A stretch of 64,000 nucleotides of DNA, taken from the NCBI RefSeq assembly GCF_011386835.1, contig NC_088798.1:101432001-101496000 (forward strand), written 5' to 3'. This document shows, piece after piece, positions 61,450 through 64,000 of this stretch. A program made the position numbers and the translations under genes. Source of the DNA: Chrysemys picta bellii (Eukaryota). Position 1 is the first letter of the stretch. The number at the start of each line of letters is the position of its first letter. The notes under the pieces are model-generated. The model saw only the letters and a list, made by a program, of their open reading frames with translations, was not told the origin of the DNA and searched no databases.

Positions 61450-61700
61450 TCCATAGAGCCCAAGGCCAGAAGGAACCATTGTCATCTAGTCTGACCTCCT
61501 GTATAACATAGGCCATAGAACTTTCCCCAAATAACCCCTAGAGGCTAGAGCAGATCTTTTAGAAAACAGCCAATCTCGATTTAAAAATGGTCAGTGCTGG
61601 GGAATCCGTGACTCTTGGTAAATTGTTACAATGGTTAATTACTCTCACCATTAAAAATTTATGCTGTATTTCCAGTCTGCATGTCTTATATCCAGCATAC
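61450..61700 (-). mobile_element. Old CR1 3' fragment
   Basis: Peptide RLEIQHKFLMVRVINHCNNLPRVTDSPALTIFKSRL (CR1 ORF2 C-terminus) followed by a 3'UTR. Confidence 0.8.
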
Positions 61701-64000
61701 AATATGTGGCTTGACCAGTTGTTTTGGAGCTTATTAGCTACCATAACTCTGAAGAGTTCTATTTTCCTGGCAGCCGGATAGTAAAGCAAGTCACAGGTCA
61801 TCAGTGGAAGAATGTTCAATAGAGGCACAGAGGGTAACAGGCAGCAATAATACAATCCTGTAAACAAGGATACAGCTAGTCCTCCTTTCACTTACCTGAC
61901 ACTGTGTTACTGTAGTCTACCTATTGCATTTTATATTAAGCTTTACAATTATTGCACAGTTAATACTATTATGTGATGGCCAAGCTCTTATAGATTAAAG
62001 ATTCCTAAATTATATATACATATTGCCCAGCTGAACCCCAATTTGCCAGTCAACCTGGGAGAAAGAAGCTAAGAATACACCATCCAAACCACACCTGCCT
62101 CTGCTTCATAATTAAAATAGCCCTTGAGGGTTTCAAAGGCCCTTAACAATTTACAGCAGAAGATGAAGAAAAATTAAGATGATTATAAAATAGCAATCTT
62201 TCTCATCAACCTGGGGAGTTATCAGTCCTTAATTCTTGCCTCCAGGCTCCATTTATTGTCTAAAAGCCCACACATGGAAAATAAACACTTTCCCCTACAT
62301 TCTTCCTTGCCCAGAGACCACTTCAATGGGACTGTCCCTTCCTGAGGCCTCTCTTTGAGTTCCCCACTTCCTTGTCTTCTTATCTCTTCCTGCAGCTCAG
62401 CTCTTTATAGGGAACACCTGTCCTCCTTCTCATTTGCATTTGATTAGTGAACAGGGCTGGCTGGCTGGCTGGTTGGGCCCAGGTCTCTGGCTCTTAAAGG
62501 GCCTGGTATCTTGATACAAGAGGATAATTATGGTCTCCAGGGATTAGTCGGAAGCCAGAATGTTAGTTTTCATAGAGAGACAGTGGGATGGGAAGGGAAA
62601 GGAAGGGATGAGGAGAAACTTAAAGGAAAGAAGGCACAGTTCAGGCAGGAGGAGATAGAGGCTCTCAAAAGAGGCATATAAGCCAGTGGTCAAATTCACC
62701 GCCAGAGCAGTTCAAATAAAGCCCAAATGCATTTTCACATCCCTTTTCTCTTGGCTGGTTTATTAACAGAAGACGGGGTGGGGGAGAGACTCTAAAAATA
62801 ATATAAACACTTGCTAAGAAACCTTTCCTGGCAAATGTAGAGAGAGCACACAAGGGCTCCCCTGACCCTGTGGGTCTTCTGTCTGTTGCCTTATAACCGA
62901 CTCCCTGCAGGTCACATCATTCCTTGCTCCTAATCGTGTTCCCTGAGGCTATAGATCCCAGTTTTAAAGGGCTCAAGAGCTGTAACAGGCATACTGGGAA
63001 GCGCACATGCCCTAAGGCCCAGTTACAAAGTGGACTCAACAGGCTGAAACACAGGCATGCATGATGCAAATGATCCTGGACAAACAAGCATCATATTTGC
63101 TCCTAGATCTGAGATAGGATTTTTGATAACCTCCATCCCCAATCAGATCATTTGAACCAGATTAAAAGATCATGCAGACAACCTACCAACAGAAACAACT
63201 ATTTCCACGCTGTTTTGATTAGATTTCCTTTTCAGATGCTTTAACTAAAAAGTTGGGAAAAGTAGGTCTCGCCATTGAAGCTTGTCTACAAAAAAGCTGC
63301 CAGGGGTTCTAACAAAAGTTCAACAATTTCCTATAAATTTCCTCAGTGTAAACACAGCTTTAATTTGTTTTGATGCCAGCTGGGGTTTAGGATTGCTAAA
63401 AATCAATTTCAGAAATAGTTTGATTTTTTAATATAGACATTCCCTGGGCCTTTTATACAATCTAGGAAAATGTGATTTCACACAAATTGATGGGAGACTC
63501 GGGCACCTGATTGTCATATTTCAGTGTTTTAATTTAAATATTTTTATGTAGCGTGTTAGAGTTTGAATTCCTAGATGCACTCAAATGTGTTACTTCTCTG
63601 GCTCAAAAACTCCCCTGATGAGTCGATTTAAAAAAAAAAAAGTACCATGTAAAGACCACACGGGGGCATAGAAGTGTAAGAGACCAGCTTTATGGCATTC
63701 ATAAAGACTAATAAAAATGGAATATTGTGTGCCCTCCTTTTCCAGTGTTAGACATCATAAAATAACATTTCTTTCACATCATCTTGTACCAAAAGCATAT
63801 CAGTACGGAAATGATCATAGTATTTCTTGTCATAAAAATGACAGACTTCAGCCATGCTATGGTCAGTTTAGTGGGCTCAGGACAATGAAACAAGACAAGA
63901 GTTTCTGGGGATAAATAAGAGAAGAATACTGAAATATTGGAAGAGCGTGTCAGAAATGATGGAAGGACATGTATAATTCACAAAGAGCTCTTACAAATTC

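Noticed and set aside
63614-63660. CTGATGA as a hammerhead core or C box
   Set aside because: No stem II/GAAA partner and no convincing D box with terminal stem.
60000-64000. NPY6R or MYOT coding sequence expected by synteny
   Set aside because: No recognisable GPCR or myotilin peptide in any frame.

Overview
Vertebrate genomic DNA, almost certainly a turtle (inferred from the tortoise-type tRNA/CR1-tail SINE and turtle-type CR1, Penelope, DIRS and MITE families; all repeat identities are from recall, not a database search). Two protein-coding genes lie on the minus strand in the conserved KLHL3-HNRNPA0 order. KLHL3 coding exons 1-5 run from 33715 down to 2750, all with GT-AG junctions and consistent phases; the gene continues off the left edge. 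HNRNPA0 is intronless (53787-54710) with a CpG-island promoter. The rest is intronic or intergenic DNA with CR1, L2, MIR and LF-SINE-like elements, hAT and Harbinger MITEs and one internally deleted DIRS. The most interesting signal is a set of short Penelope-like (PLE) insertions. They carry minimal hammerhead-ribozyme motifs whose stems covary between subfamilies, and six are fold-back palindromes, four with 11-13 bp target-site duplications (TSDs). Their ends cluster at two recurring positions in the pseudo-LTR (pLTR), and one copy is a 305-nt ribozyme-to-ribozyme mini-element resembling a retrozyme. Hammerheads in PLEs are already known; the mini-element and the two-end-point pattern are my inferences. 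KLHL3 also shows an overlapping uORF and a candidate alternative first-exon donor. No wholly new gene system is supported.
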